A stretch of DNA of 64,000 nucleotides from an uncultured delta proteobacterium (GTDB taxonomy: Bacteria > Myxococcota_A > UBA9160 > UBA4427), in contig CAWGJT010000010.1 of NCBI GenBank assembly GCA_963822965.1, positions 576,001-640,000 of the forward strand, read 5' to 3'. This document shows positions 48,254 to 58,021 of the stretch, in pieces. The notes under the pieces were generated by a model, which was not told where the DNA came from, made no database searches, and worked only from the letters and a program-made list of their open reading frames with translations. The position numbers and the translations under genes were made by a program. Every line of letters starts with the position of its first letter. The first letter of the stretch is position 1.

Positions 48254-48886
48254 GTGAAGCGGGTGGCCCTCGTCGTGGCGCTGGCGCTCGCGGCGATCGC
48301 AGGCACGGCCGAGCTCGCCTATTGGCTCGCGGCGCATCTCGCGGCGACGGGAGCCGAAGGCGGCTCGTGCGCGGTGCTCGTGCTCGGGTATCCCAACGAT
48401 TCGGACGGAAGCCCCGGGCCCATTCAGCGCCTGCGCGTCGAGGCCGGGGTGGCCGCGTACCGGGCGCACGGCTGCTCGCGCCTGGTCGTGTCCGGCGCGG
48501 CCGTCCACAACCGCTACGTCGAGGCGGAGTCGATGGCGAGGCTGGCGTCGGAGCTGGGCGTTCCGGCCAGCGACGTGGTCGTCGAGGATCGCGCCCGGAG
48601 CACCTGGGAGAACGTGGGCTGCAGCGTGGCCTCGCTGCGGGGCCTCGAGCGGATCTTCGTCGCCTCGGACAGCCTCCACGCACTGCGGGGCCGGCGCTAT
48701 CTCTGCCGGCAGCAGCCCGAGCTGTGCGAAAGGGCGTGGGCGGTGGGAGACGACCCGCCTGTGTCGCTGCTGTGGTGGAAGGTGCCGGCCGCCCTCTACG
48801 AGCTGCGCGCCTGGGCCCGCGATCGCCTGATCCACGAGCGCGAGCCGGCGAGCAACGCGGTGCCGTGCCCGGAAGCCGGGGCGTGA
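48254..48886 (+). CDS. YdcF/ElyC (DUF218) family protein
   Basis: N-terminal TM, VLVLG, VVSG, EAESMA, EDRARSTWEN and SDxLHxxR. Confidence 0.88.
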   Translation: MKRVALVVALALAAIAGTAELAYWLAAHLAATGAEGGSCAVLVLGYPNDSDGSPGPIQRLRVEAGVAAYRAHGCSRLVVSGAAVHNRYVEAESMARLASELGVPASDVVVEDRARSTWENVGCSVASLRGLERIFVASDSLHALRGRRYLCRQQPELCERAWAVGDDPPVSLLWWKVPAALYELRAWARDRLIHEREPASNAVPCPEAGA

Positions 48887-49011
48887 GGGGCGGCGAACCC
48901 GACCGGACTCACAGGTGCGTGGCCTTCGGCATCGGCGGTCTTCGGAGGCGCCGAGACCGCGGTCACGAGAGCCAGCCGCGCCGGATCCGGAGGCCGGAGG
49001 CGCACGGATTC

Positions 49012-49044
49012 TGATATGATCCGCGAATCTGACAGACCGTCACA
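49012..49044 (+). promoter_or_regulatory. Extended -10 promoter followed by a candidate operator
   Basis: TG-A-TATGAT at 49012-49020, then the palindrome TGAC-AGACC-GTCA at 49030-49042, upstream of the MaoC operon. Confidence 0.5.
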
Positions 49045-49110
49045 TCGACCCGCCCCAAGCGGCTGGGGGAGGGATTGGTGCGGTCTCCGTGCGCAGGAGT
49101 CGTTCCCGAG

Positions 49111-50313
49111 ATGGCCTCTCCCAAGACCCGGCCCGCCGACGAGCCCGAGTTCGATACGTCTCCCGTGGACGCCTGGGTGGGCGTGCCCCTCGGCGGGAGG
49201 CAGATGAAGGACCCCGTGGCGCCCAACGACGTGCGTCGCTGGGCGCAGGGCATGCAGAACCCGAACCCGCTGTACTTCGACGAGCAGGTTGCGGCGGCGA
49301 GCCGCTTCGGCCGGCTCGTGGCTCCGTTCTCGTTCGCGGTGTGCACCGACGACAGCCACGGGGCGGCGCCCGCCATCCAGGGCACCATCCCGGGCACGCA
49401 CATGCTCTTCGGCGGGGACGAGTGGTGGTTCTTCGGTCCCCGCATCTTCCCGGGCGACCAGATCCGACGCGACCGCATGCTCTTCGACTACAAGGTCACG
49501 AAGACGGGCTTCGCCGGGCCGACCATGTTCTCCCGGGGCGACACCACCTACGTGAACCAGCAGGGCGAGATCGTGTGCAAGCAGCGCTCCACCTCCATCC
49601 GCTACCTGGCCGAGGAGGCGCGGAAGCGCGCGCAGTTCGGCGACGACAAGGACCCGGTGTGGAGCGAGAAGCAGATCGAGGAGATCGAGAACCAGAAGTT
49701 CGAGTACTTCCAGAGCTTCCTCGAGCTGGGGCACGACCGGCGGCTCTTCGTCAAGGTGGGCGACAAGCTGCCGACCCGACCCATCGGCCCCCACACCATC
49801 ATGAGCTTCACCACCGAGTGGCGCGCCTTCACGATGACCGTGTGGTCGGCCTTCGAGGCGAACGACCTGCCGACGTCGCACTATACGGCGGGGTGGCTTC
49901 CCGAGATGTCGCGGGACTACGAGGCCGCGAAGGTCGACCCCACCATCGGGGACGGGCTCTATCACGGGCCCTCGCGCGGGCACGTGCAGCAGAAGTACGC
50001 CCAGCTGATCGGCATGCCCCGGGGCTACGGCTACGGGGCCTCGATGGGCGCCTGGATCCTCGACTACCTGTCCAACTGGGGGGGTGAGTGGAGCGACATC
50101 CTGCACAGCCGGATGGCCTACCGTTCGCCGGCGCTCACCGGCGATCTCACGCTGCTGAACGGCGAGGTGACGAAGATCGACCACGGCGACCCGTCCGGAC
50201 GGCCCGTCGCCACGGTGCACGTCGTGATGACGAACCAGAAGGACGCGGTGCTCGCCTCGGGCGACGCCGAGATCCGCCTGCCCACCGAGACCCTGCCCGC
50301 GCCAAGCGCCTGA
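49111..50313 (+). CDS. Double hot-dog MaoC-like (R)-hydratase/dehydratase
   Basis: VRRWAxxxxNPNPLYFDE..A..SRFGxLVAP, FGGDEWWF...IFPGD, and a second domain VGDKLP...GMPRGYGYG...RSPALTGD. Confidence 0.85.
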   Translation: MASPKTRPADEPEFDTSPVDAWVGVPLGGRQMKDPVAPNDVRRWAQGMQNPNPLYFDEQVAAASRFGRLVAPFSFAVCTDDSHGAAPAIQGTIPGTHMLFGGDEWWFFGPRIFPGDQIRRDRMLFDYKVTKTGFAGPTMFSRGDTTYVNQQGEIVCKQRSTSIRYLAEEARKRAQFGDDKDPVWSEKQIEEIENQKFEYFQSFLELGHDRRLFVKVGDKLPTRPIGPHTIMSFTTEWRAFTMTVWSAFEANDLPTSHYTAGWLPEMSRDYEAAKVDPTIGDGLYHGPSRGHVQQKYAQLIGMPRGYGYGASMGAWILDYLSNWGGEWSDILHSRMAYRSPALTGDLTLLNGEVTKIDHGDPSGRPVATVHVVMTNQKDAVLASGDAEIRLPTETLPAPSA

Positions 50314-50344
50314 CGGCGCCCGGGACGATGGAGGCAACCGGCCC

Positions 50345-52063
50345 GTGATGCAGCGCTCCCTCGAGCTGCGACTCCAGCCGGATCCGTCGCGCTACTGCGC
50401 GCCGCGCTTTCTCGAGGACGTGGTCTCTCGGGGCGGTGACCGCACCGCCATCCGCTTCGAGGGCGGCGATCTCTCGTACGCGGAGCTCGGCGCCCGGGCC
50501 CGGGCCCTGGCGAAGGGTCTCGTGGCGGCGGGCGTCGCCAAGGGCGCGCGGGTGGGCGTGTGGATGGCGAACCGCCCCGAGTGGGTGGTCGCGTCCTTTG
50601 CGGTGGGGCTGGTGGGCGGCGTGCTCATCCCGGTCAACACCTTCGCCACGCCGGACGAGCGCGAGTACATCCTTCGACACAGCGACGCGTCGATCCTGCT
50701 GCTACAGCAGCGGCTTCTCGGCCGCGACCTGCTGGAGGAGCTGCGGACGAGTCATCCGGAGCTGTCCCGGGCCACGCCGGGGGCCCTGCGGCTGCCGGAG
50801 CTGCCGGCCCTGCGCGGTGTGGTGGTGCTCGGCGGCGCCGCGGACGGCGCCGTCTGGTCGTGGGACGATTTCATGGCCGCGGGGCAGGGCGTCTCCGACG
50901 CATTGCTCGACGCCCTGGCCGCCGAGGTGACCCCCGCGGACGACGGGGTCGTGATCTACACGTCCGGCACCACCGCCCATCCCAAGGGCGTGCTCCACTT
51001 CCAGCGGGCCCCGGTGATCCAGAGCTGGCGCTTCGCCGAGTACATGGCGCTCGAGCCCGATGACGTGGTGTGGACCGCGCAGCCCTTCTTCTGGACCGCC
51101 GGCATGACCATGTCCCTGGGCGCCACCCTGGCCGCGGGCGCCCGGCTGGTGCTGCAGGAGACCTTCGAGCCCGAGGCGGCCCTGGCGCTGATCGAGCGCG
51201 AGCGCGCCACCACGCTCCACGCCTGGCCCCACCAGGAGAAGGCGCTGGCCGAGCACCCGAAGCTCGCGGAGACCGACCTCTCGCGGGTGCGGAAGATCGA
51301 GTTCTCGTCGCCGCTGCGGGCGGCGGCCGGCATCGAGAAGAACGTCTGGGGCACCTACGGTTCGTACGGCCTCACCGAGACCTTCACCCTGGCCGCCGCG
51401 CTCCCGGCAAGCGCGCCGGCCGAGCTGCGGCGCGACACCAGCGGCGTTCCGCTGCCCGGCATGTCGATCCGCATCGTCGACCCGGAGACGGGAGCCGTGC
51501 TCGCCGGGGGCGAGAAGGGTGAGATCACCGTCAGGGGCGTCACCCTCATGCGCGGCTACTACAAGGTCGATCCCGAGAGTACCTTCGACGCCGACGGCTA
51601 CTTCCACACCCAGGACGGCGGCTGGCTCGACGCCGACGGCTACCTGCACTGGACGGGACGCCTCTCGAACCTGATCAAGACGGGCGGCGCCAACGTGTCG
51701 CCGCTGGAGATCGAGAAGGCGCTGCCGAAGAGCCCGGACATCCGGGTGGGGCTCGCGGTGGGCGTTCCGCATCCCGCCCTGGGCGAGGCCATCGTGGTGT
51801 GTGCGGTTCGCGCAGAAGGCGCGTCCTTCGACGAGCCCGCACGCGAGGCGGAGATTCGCGAGGCCCTGCGCGGCCGCGTCGCCGCCTACAAGGTGCCGCG
51901 GCGCGTGCTCTTCTTCGACGCGGACGAGCTCGACTACACGGCCAACCAGAAGATCCAGGTGGGCTCCCTGCGCGAGGCCGCGCTGGCGCGCCTGCAGCGC
52001 GACGGCGCCGTCATCCAGGGGGTGTCCTACGGGCGACCCGCCGGAGAGGGGGAGCAGCAATGA
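50345..52063 (+). CDS. Acyl-CoA synthetase (AMP-binding)
   Basis: YTSGTTAHPKG, YGLTET, GEITVRG, GRLSNLIKTGGANV, AAYKVPR. Confidence 0.93.
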   Translation: MMQRSLELRLQPDPSRYCAPRFLEDVVSRGGDRTAIRFEGGDLSYAELGARARALAKGLVAAGVAKGARVGVWMANRPEWVVASFAVGLVGGVLIPVNTFATPDEREYILRHSDASILLLQQRLLGRDLLEELRTSHPELSRATPGALRLPELPALRGVVVLGGAADGAVWSWDDFMAAGQGVSDALLDALAAEVTPADDGVVIYTSGTTAHPKGVLHFQRAPVIQSWRFAEYMALEPDDVVWTAQPFFWTAGMTMSLGATLAAGARLVLQETFEPEAALALIERERATTLHAWPHQEKALAEHPKLAETDLSRVRKIEFSSPLRAAAGIEKNVWGTYGSYGLTETFTLAAALPASAPAELRRDTSGVPLPGMSIRIVDPETGAVLAGGEKGEITVRGVTLMRGYYKVDPESTFDADGYFHTQDGGWLDADGYLHWTGRLSNLIKTGGANVSPLEIEKALPKSPDIRVGLAVGVPHPALGEAIVVCAVRAEGASFDEPAREAEIREALRGRVAAYKVPRRVLFFDADELDYTANQKIQVGSLREAALARLQRDGAVIQGVSYGRPAGEGEQQ

Positions 52064-53118
52064 CGGCGGGTGGCATTCCCGCGACCATGCGCGCGCTGAT
52101 GTACCGTGCGCCGCGCAGGGTCGAGGTGGTGGAGCACCCGGTGGCGCCTCTGGGTCCCGAAGACGTGCTCCTGGCGGTGAGTCACTGCGGCATCTGCGGC
52201 ACCGATCTGCACACGGTGCTCGAGGGCATGTCGCGCCCGGACGTGATCGGCGGCCACGAGTGGTCGGGTCGCGTGGCGGCGGTGGGCGCGGGCGTGGTGG
52301 GCTGGAAGATCGGCGACCCGGCGCTGCCGCGACCGTCGCCGGGCTGTGGCGAGTGTCTTGCATGCCGGGCGGGGCGCCCCAGCGTGTGCGCGCAGCGCGG
52401 CACCATCGGCGACGGCGTGCACGGGCCGAACGGCGCGTTCGCGGAGTACGTGCGGGTGTCCGCCGCGGAGCTGCTGCGCGTGCCCGAGGGGCTCTCGCTG
52501 CGCGAGGCGGCCCTCGCCGAGCCGCTGGCGGTGGCGCTCCACGGCATCACGCTCTCGGGTGCTGCACCCGGCGACCGGGTGCTCGTCACGGGCGCCGGGC
52601 CCATCGGCATGCTCACCGTGGCGGGTCTGCGCGCCCTCGGCATCGACGACGTCACGGTGTGCGAGCCCGGCGATCGGCGCCGGCAGCGCGCCCTCGAGGT
52701 GGGGGCAAGCATGGGCTGCGTGCCCGAGGATCTCGAGACCCCCGTCATGCCGTTCACCCTCGTGGACGCGCCCTTCGACGTGGCCCTCGAGTGCTCGGGC
52801 AACCCGAAAGCCATGGAGGCGGCGCTCGGTCAGCTCCGCAGCCTGGGGCACCTCGTGCTGGTGGGAACCGGCATGCGCCGGCCCAGGCTCGACCACAACC
52901 GCATCCTGCTGAACGAGCTCGTGGTGACGGGCGCCTTCTGCTACGACGCCGACGGCGTCGAGCGTGCGCTCGAGCTTCTCGCGAGCGGCAGGCTCCCGAC
53001 CGAGCGACTGATCGAGCCCGACGACGTGCCCCTCGAAGGCATGCTCGAGGCCGCGGAGCGCTGCGCGTCCGGCGAGATTGCCGGCAAGGTGATGATCGTG
53101 CCGCACCCGCCGGCCTGA
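52060..53118 (+). CDS. Zn-dependent dehydrogenase (sorbitol/butanediol dehydrogenase-like MDR)
   Basis: GICGTDLH, GHEWSG, CGECLAC...C, EPLAVALH, GAGPIG. Confidence 0.93.
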   Translation: MTAGGIPATMRALMYRAPRRVEVVEHPVAPLGPEDVLLAVSHCGICGTDLHTVLEGMSRPDVIGGHEWSGRVAAVGAGVVGWKIGDPALPRPSPGCGECLACRAGRPSVCAQRGTIGDGVHGPNGAFAEYVRVSAAELLRVPEGLSLREAALAEPLAVALHGITLSGAAPGDRVLVTGAGPIGMLTVAGLRALGIDDVTVCEPGDRRRQRALEVGASMGCVPEDLETPVMPFTLVDAPFDVALECSGNPKAMEAALGQLRSLGHLVLVGTGMRRPRLDHNRILLNELVVTGAFCYDADGVERALELLASGRLPTERLIEPDDVPLEGMLEAAERCASGEIAGKVMIVPHPPA

Positions 53119-53149
53119 GGGCCCGCACCGGAGCGGGGAGGAGGACCCC

Positions 53150-53614
53150 ATGACCGCCGCCACCGAATCGATTCCGCGCTTCAACCACGTGGCGCTCTCG
53201 GTCCCGAAGGAGCTCGTCTCGGGCGACGGCGCCCGGGACCTGCTGCGCTTCTATGAAGAGGTGTTCGGCTGGGGCGCCATGCCGACGATGGTGAAGGAGG
53301 GCGAGCTGCTGGTGCTGCGCGTCCACAGCAACGAGCAGTTCGTCTATCTGCACGCCTCGGAGCATCCCCTCACCTGCCCGAAGGAGGATCACTTCGGGCT
53401 GCAGGTGGCCACGCCCGAAGCCCTCGACGCGGTGGTGGATCGCGCCCGCAAGTTCCGGGCCCGGGACGCCCGCGTCGAGATCAGCGACCGGCTCGCCGAG
53501 GACTTCCAGGTCCTGACGCTCCACAGCGTCTACATCCGCTACCTGCTGCCCATGCGCATCGAGCTGCAGTGCTTCGACTGGGCGGACGGCTTCGACGCGG
53601 GACGAACCGCGTGA
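53150..53614 (+). CDS. VOC-fold hypothetical protein
   Basis: RFNHVALSV, FYEEVFGW, DHFGLQV, IELQ. GAGGA RBS. Confidence 0.75.
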   Translation: MTAATESIPRFNHVALSVPKELVSGDGARDLLRFYEEVFGWGAMPTMVKEGELLVLRVHSNEQFVYLHASEHPLTCPKEDHFGLQVATPEALDAVVDRARKFRARDARVEISDRLAEDFQVLTLHSVYIRYLLPMRIELQCFDWADGFDAGRTA

Positions 53615-53714
53615 GGCGCGAGGAGCCGAGGCAGTGTGTCAGCTCGGCTGCGGGCCGCTGGGCCGACGGCCATCGGGCCGACACCAAGGTCGCCAGGTGA
53701 TAGATTCGTCGGCC

Positions 53715-56168
53715 ATGCTTTCGCCGTACCGGGTGCTGGATCTCACCGACGAGCGCGGGTTCCTGGCGGGGAAGATTCTCGGGGAGCTCGGCGCCGACGT
53801 CGTCAAGGTGGAGCCGCCGGGGGGAGATCCGGCGCGCCGGCTGCCGCCCTTCCTGCACGGCGAGCCGGGGGGCGAACGGTCGCTGCGCTGGCTGGCGATG
53901 AACACCAGCAAGCGCGGCATCGTGGTGGACCTCGAGACCGAGCCGGGGCGGCGGCGCCTGCTGCAGCTCGCCGCCGAGGCGGACGTGCTCGTCGAGTCGG
54001 CGGCGCCGGGCACGATGGAGGCGCTCGGCGTGGGCTGGGAGGCCCTCCACGAGCGCAACCCCGGGCTCGTCTACTGCGCGATCACGCCGTTCGGCCGGAC
54101 GGGCCCGTACGCGGGCTACCGCGCCCACGACCTGGCGGTGGTGGCGATGGGTGGCAACGCGGGGATGACGGGCGCGCCGGACGGCCCGCCCACCCGCTGC
54201 AGCGCGCCCACCGCCTGGCTGCACGCCGCGCCGGAGGCCGTGCTCGGCATCGCGATGGCCCTGTACGCGCGGGCGCGCACCGGGCGCGGGCAGCTCGTCG
54301 ACGTCTCGATGCAGGAGTGCCAGCTGCGCAGCCTGCTCTCGGCGCCCGGGCAGTACGCGCTCACGGGCCGGCTCGGGCGCCGCAGCGGCGGGCGCGTGGG
54401 CCGCACCCGGGAGATCTGGCGCGCGAAGGACGGTCAGGTCTCGTTCGGGCTGCGGGGCGGTCCCACGCGCATCCCGAACCTCGTCGCCACCGTCGAGTAC
54501 ATGGGCGAGAGCGGGATGGCGCCGGAGTGGCTCCGCGACTACGACTGGAAGAGCTACAGCGCGCTCACCGTCTCCGACGAGGAGCTGGCGCGCATCGAGG
54601 GCGCCTTCGGGGCGTTCTTCGCCACCAAGACGATGGGCGAGCTCTACGAGGAGGCCCTGCGGCGTCGCATCCTGCTGGCGCCGTGCAACGACGCGCGCGA
54701 GATCCTGCGGCAGGCGCAGCTCCGCAGCCGCGAGCTCTTCCGTGAGATCGACTATCCGCATCTCGGCCCCGAGCCGGGGGCGAAGATCGAGCATCCGGAC
54801 TTCTTCGCCAAGGCGAGCCGCAGCCGTATCGGCATCCGCTGCCGGGCGCCGCGTCTCGGCGAGCACGAGGCCGCGCCCTGGGCCCGGCCCCGCTCGCCGG
54901 AAGCCCTCGCCCGGGTGGACGAGACGCCGGCGGACGGTGCGCCGGTCTTCCAGGGGCTCTTCCAGGGGTTGCGGATGCTCGAGCTGGGCGCGGGTGCGGC
55001 GGGGCCCGTGGCCACGAAGTTCTTCGCCGAGCACGGGGCCCGGGTGATCCGCATCGAGTCGGGGGTGCGGCCCGACTTCCTGCGGCTCCTGCACGTCACC
55101 GCCGAGAACCGGTACGAGCCCGACGTGCTCGAGCGGGCGCCGATGTTCGTGCTGCTGAACCCCGACAAGCAGAGCCTCACGCTGAACCTGAAGGAGCCCG
55201 AGGCCGTCGAGATCGTGAAGCGGCTCGCCCGCTGGGCGGACGTGGTGAGCGAGAACTTCGCGCCCGGCGTGATGGCGAAGTGGGGGCTCGACGCGGAGGC
55301 CCTGCGCGCCGAGAACCCGCGGCTCGTGGCGGTCTCCGGCTGCCTCTTCGGGCAGACCGGACCCCAGCGGGCCTATCCGGGCTTCGGCGGCCAGGGCTCG
55401 GCGATCGCGGGCTTCAACTACCTGACGGGCACGCCCGAAGGCGATGCCCACGGCCCGTACTCCACCATCACGGACTCGCTCACGCCGCCCTACGTGGCGG
55501 CCGCCATCGCGGCGGCGCTCCTCGAGCGCGATCGCAGCGGACAGGGCCAGTCCATCGACGTCTCCCAGATCGAGGCGGGGGTGTACAGCCTGTCCCAGGC
55601 GATCGTGCGCTTCAGCGCGAACGGCGAGGTGGAGGGCCGGCGCGGCAACCGCGACGAGATCGCGGTGCCCCACGGCGTGTATCCCTGTGCGGGGGACGAC
55701 CGCTGGGTCGCCGTCGCGGTGTGGGACGACGCCGACTGGCAGCGTCTGGTGGACGCCATGGGGCGCCCGGACTGGGCGAGCGAGCCGCGCTTCGCCACCG
55801 CCGCGGGCCGCCGCGCCGCCGAGGACGAGATCGACGCGGGGATCGCCGACTTCACCCGCCGCTCCGAGCCCCACGCGCTGATGCGCGAGCTGCAGGCGGC
55901 CGGGGTGGAGGCCGGGGCGGTGCAGACCTTCGCCGACCTGCAGGAGGACCCACAGCTCGCGAGCCGGGATCACTTCGTGGACGTCCGCCACGCGCACCTG
56001 GGCGAGGTGCGCCTCGAGCGCTGCGGCCTGCGGCTCTCCGAGAGTCCGGGGCGCATCGAAAGGCCGGGCCCGCTGCTGGGCGAGCACAACCGCGACGTGC
56101 TCGAAGGCATCCTGGGCCTGGAGCCGGACGAGGTGGACCGTCTCGTGGAGCGTGGCGTCGTCGCATAG
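53715..56168 (+). CDS. Tandem (two-domain) class III CoA transferase, CaiB/BaiF family
   Basis: Two repeats of RVLDL/RMLEL..GAxVxxxE..NxxK..ADVxxE, ending APRLGEH and GPLLGEH. The start may be GTG 53697. Confidence 0.93.
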   Translation: MLSPYRVLDLTDERGFLAGKILGELGADVVKVEPPGGDPARRLPPFLHGEPGGERSLRWLAMNTSKRGIVVDLETEPGRRRLLQLAAEADVLVESAAPGTMEALGVGWEALHERNPGLVYCAITPFGRTGPYAGYRAHDLAVVAMGGNAGMTGAPDGPPTRCSAPTAWLHAAPEAVLGIAMALYARARTGRGQLVDVSMQECQLRSLLSAPGQYALTGRLGRRSGGRVGRTREIWRAKDGQVSFGLRGGPTRIPNLVATVEYMGESGMAPEWLRDYDWKSYSALTVSDEELARIEGAFGAFFATKTMGELYEEALRRRILLAPCNDAREILRQAQLRSRELFREIDYPHLGPEPGAKIEHPDFFAKASRSRIGIRCRAPRLGEHEAAPWARPRSPEALARVDETPADGAPVFQGLFQGLRMLELGAGAAGPVATKFFAEHGARVIRIESGVRPDFLRLLHVTAENRYEPDVLERAPMFVLLNPDKQSLTLNLKEPEAVEIVKRLARWADVVSENFAPGVMAKWGLDAEALRAENPRLVAVSGCLFGQTGPQRAYPGFGGQGSAIAGFNYLTGTPEGDAHGPYSTITDSLTPPYVAAAIAAALLERDRSGQGQSIDVSQIEAGVYSLSQAIVRFSANGEVEGRRGNRDEIAVPHGVYPCAGDDRWVAVAVWDDADWQRLVDAMGRPDWASEPRFATAAGRRAAEDEIDAGIADFTRRSEPHALMRELQAAGVEAGAVQTFADLQEDPQLASRDHFVDVRHAHLGEVRLERCGLRLSESPGRIERPGPLLGEHNRDVLEGILGLEPDEVDRLVERGVVA

Positions 56169-56171
56169 ACG

Positions 56172-56190
56172 GCGAATCCTCCGGATTCGC
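56172..56190. terminator. Hairpin between convergent genes
   Basis: GCGAATCC-TCC-GGATTCGC is a perfect 8-bp stem immediately after the stop at 56168. Confidence 0.5.
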
Positions 56191-56211
56191 GGGGAGCGGG
56201 GAAGGGGAGCG

Positions 56212-56712
56212 CTACCCCGACGGCGCGACGAGATCCGGCCGGTACTCCGGGTGGTCGCTCAGCCACTGGGACAACGCCCGCATGGACTCCTCGTTCTGCT
56301 TGTTGATGAAGCGGTAGATCGAGGCCTCGAACCACCTCCAGGGCGCCTTCGTCAGGTGGTAGCGCTCCTCGAAGTGGAGCCGGGTGCGGTCCGGCGCGAG
56401 AGGCTCGAGGCGCACCCGTCCCGTCTGGTCGTTGCCCGGCTCGCGGGAGATCATCGTGTAGGTGTAGCCGCGGTCGGGAACCACGTCGGTCACCAGCTCG
56501 AGGGCCGCACCGCGCCGCCCGAAAGGCAGGGGATAGATCACGCGCCGCAGCAGGCCGTTTCCTCCTGCGTCACCCGGGTGCAGCACCTCGACCGCCAGCA
56601 CCATGGGCGCGTAGTCCGGCCAGCGGTCGTAGTCCTGCATGAGCGCCCACAGGCGCTCCGCGGGGTGCGGAAAGTCCAGCGAATAGCGGTGCTCGCGCAC
56701 GCCGGCGAGCAT
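56212..56712 (-). CDS. SRPBCC (START/polyketide cyclase-like) lipid-binding family protein
   Basis: PAERLWxxxxDYxxWP.Y.P, GLxR, E.VT....R.YxY and a C-terminal helix. Confidence 0.8.
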   Translation of the reverse strand: MLAGVREHRYSLDFPHPAERLWALMQDYDRWPDYAPMVLAVEVLHPGDAGGNGLLRRVIYPLPFGRRGAALELVTDVVPDRGYTYTMISREPGNDQTGRVRLEPLAPDRTRLHFEERYHLTKAPWRWFEASIYRFINKQNEESMRALSQWLSDHPEYRPDLVAPSG

Positions 56713-56765
56713 ATGGACCGCGGCGCGCCCCTGCTACCCTGCCGCCGCGCCCCGGGAGAGCCCCC

Positions 56766-57989
56766 ATGAGCGAGCCCTTCACGTTCAACCCCATCGATCC
56801 CCGGGTTCGTCGCGACCCCTACGCGCTCTACGCGCGCGGGCGGCGCGAGCTCCCGGCCTTCGTCCACGAGGGGCTGCCCGTCAAGCTCACCTCGATCTTC
56901 CGCTATGCGGACTGCCAGGCGGTGCTGCGCGACACCGAAGGCTTCTCGAACGACTTCAGCCAGGCGCGCATGGTGCCCCCCGAGATCGAGGCCCTGGGCG
57001 AGGTGGGGCCGCCGAGCATGCTGGGCACCGACCCGCCCGTGCACACGCGCCTCCGGAGCCTCGTCAACAAGGCCTTCACGCCGCGCATCGTGCGCAAGCT
57101 CGAGCCGCGGCTGCGCGAGGTGGCGCACGCGCTGCTGGACGAGGCCCTCGAGGCGGGGGAGGTGGACCTGGTCGAGGCGCTCACGTACCCGCTGCCGGTG
57201 ACCGCCATCGCCGAGATCATCGGGGTGCCCCTGGCCGACCGCGAGCAGTTCAAGCTGTGGTCCGACCAGGCGGTGGCGAGCCTCGGGGTGGGCTTCTTCG
57301 CGCCGCCCTCCGTCGAGCAGGTGAAGCGGCAGGTGGCCCTCATCCAGGAGATGCACGGCTACTTCGTGCCGCTGGCCGAAGAGCGCCGCCGCCATCCCCA
57401 GGACGACCTGCTGACCGGGCTCGTGCAGGCCGAGCACGAGGGCTCGCACCTGGGACAGGACGAGATGCTGGCCATGCTCGTGCTGCTGCTGGTGGCGGGC
57501 AACGAGACGACGACCACGCTCATCGGCAACAGCGTGCTCGAGCTGCTGGCCCACCCGGGCGAGCTGAAGCGCCTGCGGGAAGATACCGGGCTCCTGCCCA
57601 CCGCCATCGACGAGGTGCTGCGCTTCTCGTCCCCGGTGCAGTTCGATCCGCGCCGGGTGACCGCGCCGACCGAGATCGCCGGGGTGCCGCTGGCCGAGAA
57701 CGACCTGGTCCTGTGTTGGCTCGGCTCGGCGAACCGTGACGAGCGCGTGTTCGATCGCGCGGACGTCTTCGACGTGGGCCGCGCGAAGAACCCGCACCTG
57801 GCCTTCGGCTTCGGCACCCACCACTGCCTGGGTCACAACCTGGCGCGGCTGGAGACCCGGGTGGCCCTGGAGGTGCTGCTGGAGCGAGCGGGCCACATCG
57901 AGCGGAGCGACGACGCGGAGCTGCCCCTGCACCCGAGCCCCGTCTTCAAGGCGGTGTCGAAGCTGCCCGTACGGCTGCGGGCGAGCTGA
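56766..57989 (+). CDS. Cytochrome P450 (CYP107/109-like)
   Basis: DPPVHTRLR, LLLVAGNETT, EVLR, SANRDE, HLAFGFGTHHCLG. Confidence 0.97.
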   Translation: MSEPFTFNPIDPRVRRDPYALYARGRRELPAFVHEGLPVKLTSIFRYADCQAVLRDTEGFSNDFSQARMVPPEIEALGEVGPPSMLGTDPPVHTRLRSLVNKAFTPRIVRKLEPRLREVAHALLDEALEAGEVDLVEALTYPLPVTAIAEIIGVPLADREQFKLWSDQAVASLGVGFFAPPSVEQVKRQVALIQEMHGYFVPLAEERRRHPQDDLLTGLVQAEHEGSHLGQDEMLAMLVLLLVAGNETTTTLIGNSVLELLAHPGELKRLREDTGLLPTAIDEVLRFSSPVQFDPRRVTAPTEIAGVPLAENDLVLCWLGSANRDERVFDRADVFDVGRAKNPHLAFGFGTHHCLGHNLARLETRVALEVLLERAGHIERSDDAELPLHPSPVFKAVSKLPVRLRAS

Positions 57990-58021
57990 AGGGCAGCGTG
58001 CGAGGGCGGGGCGCGCCGGCG

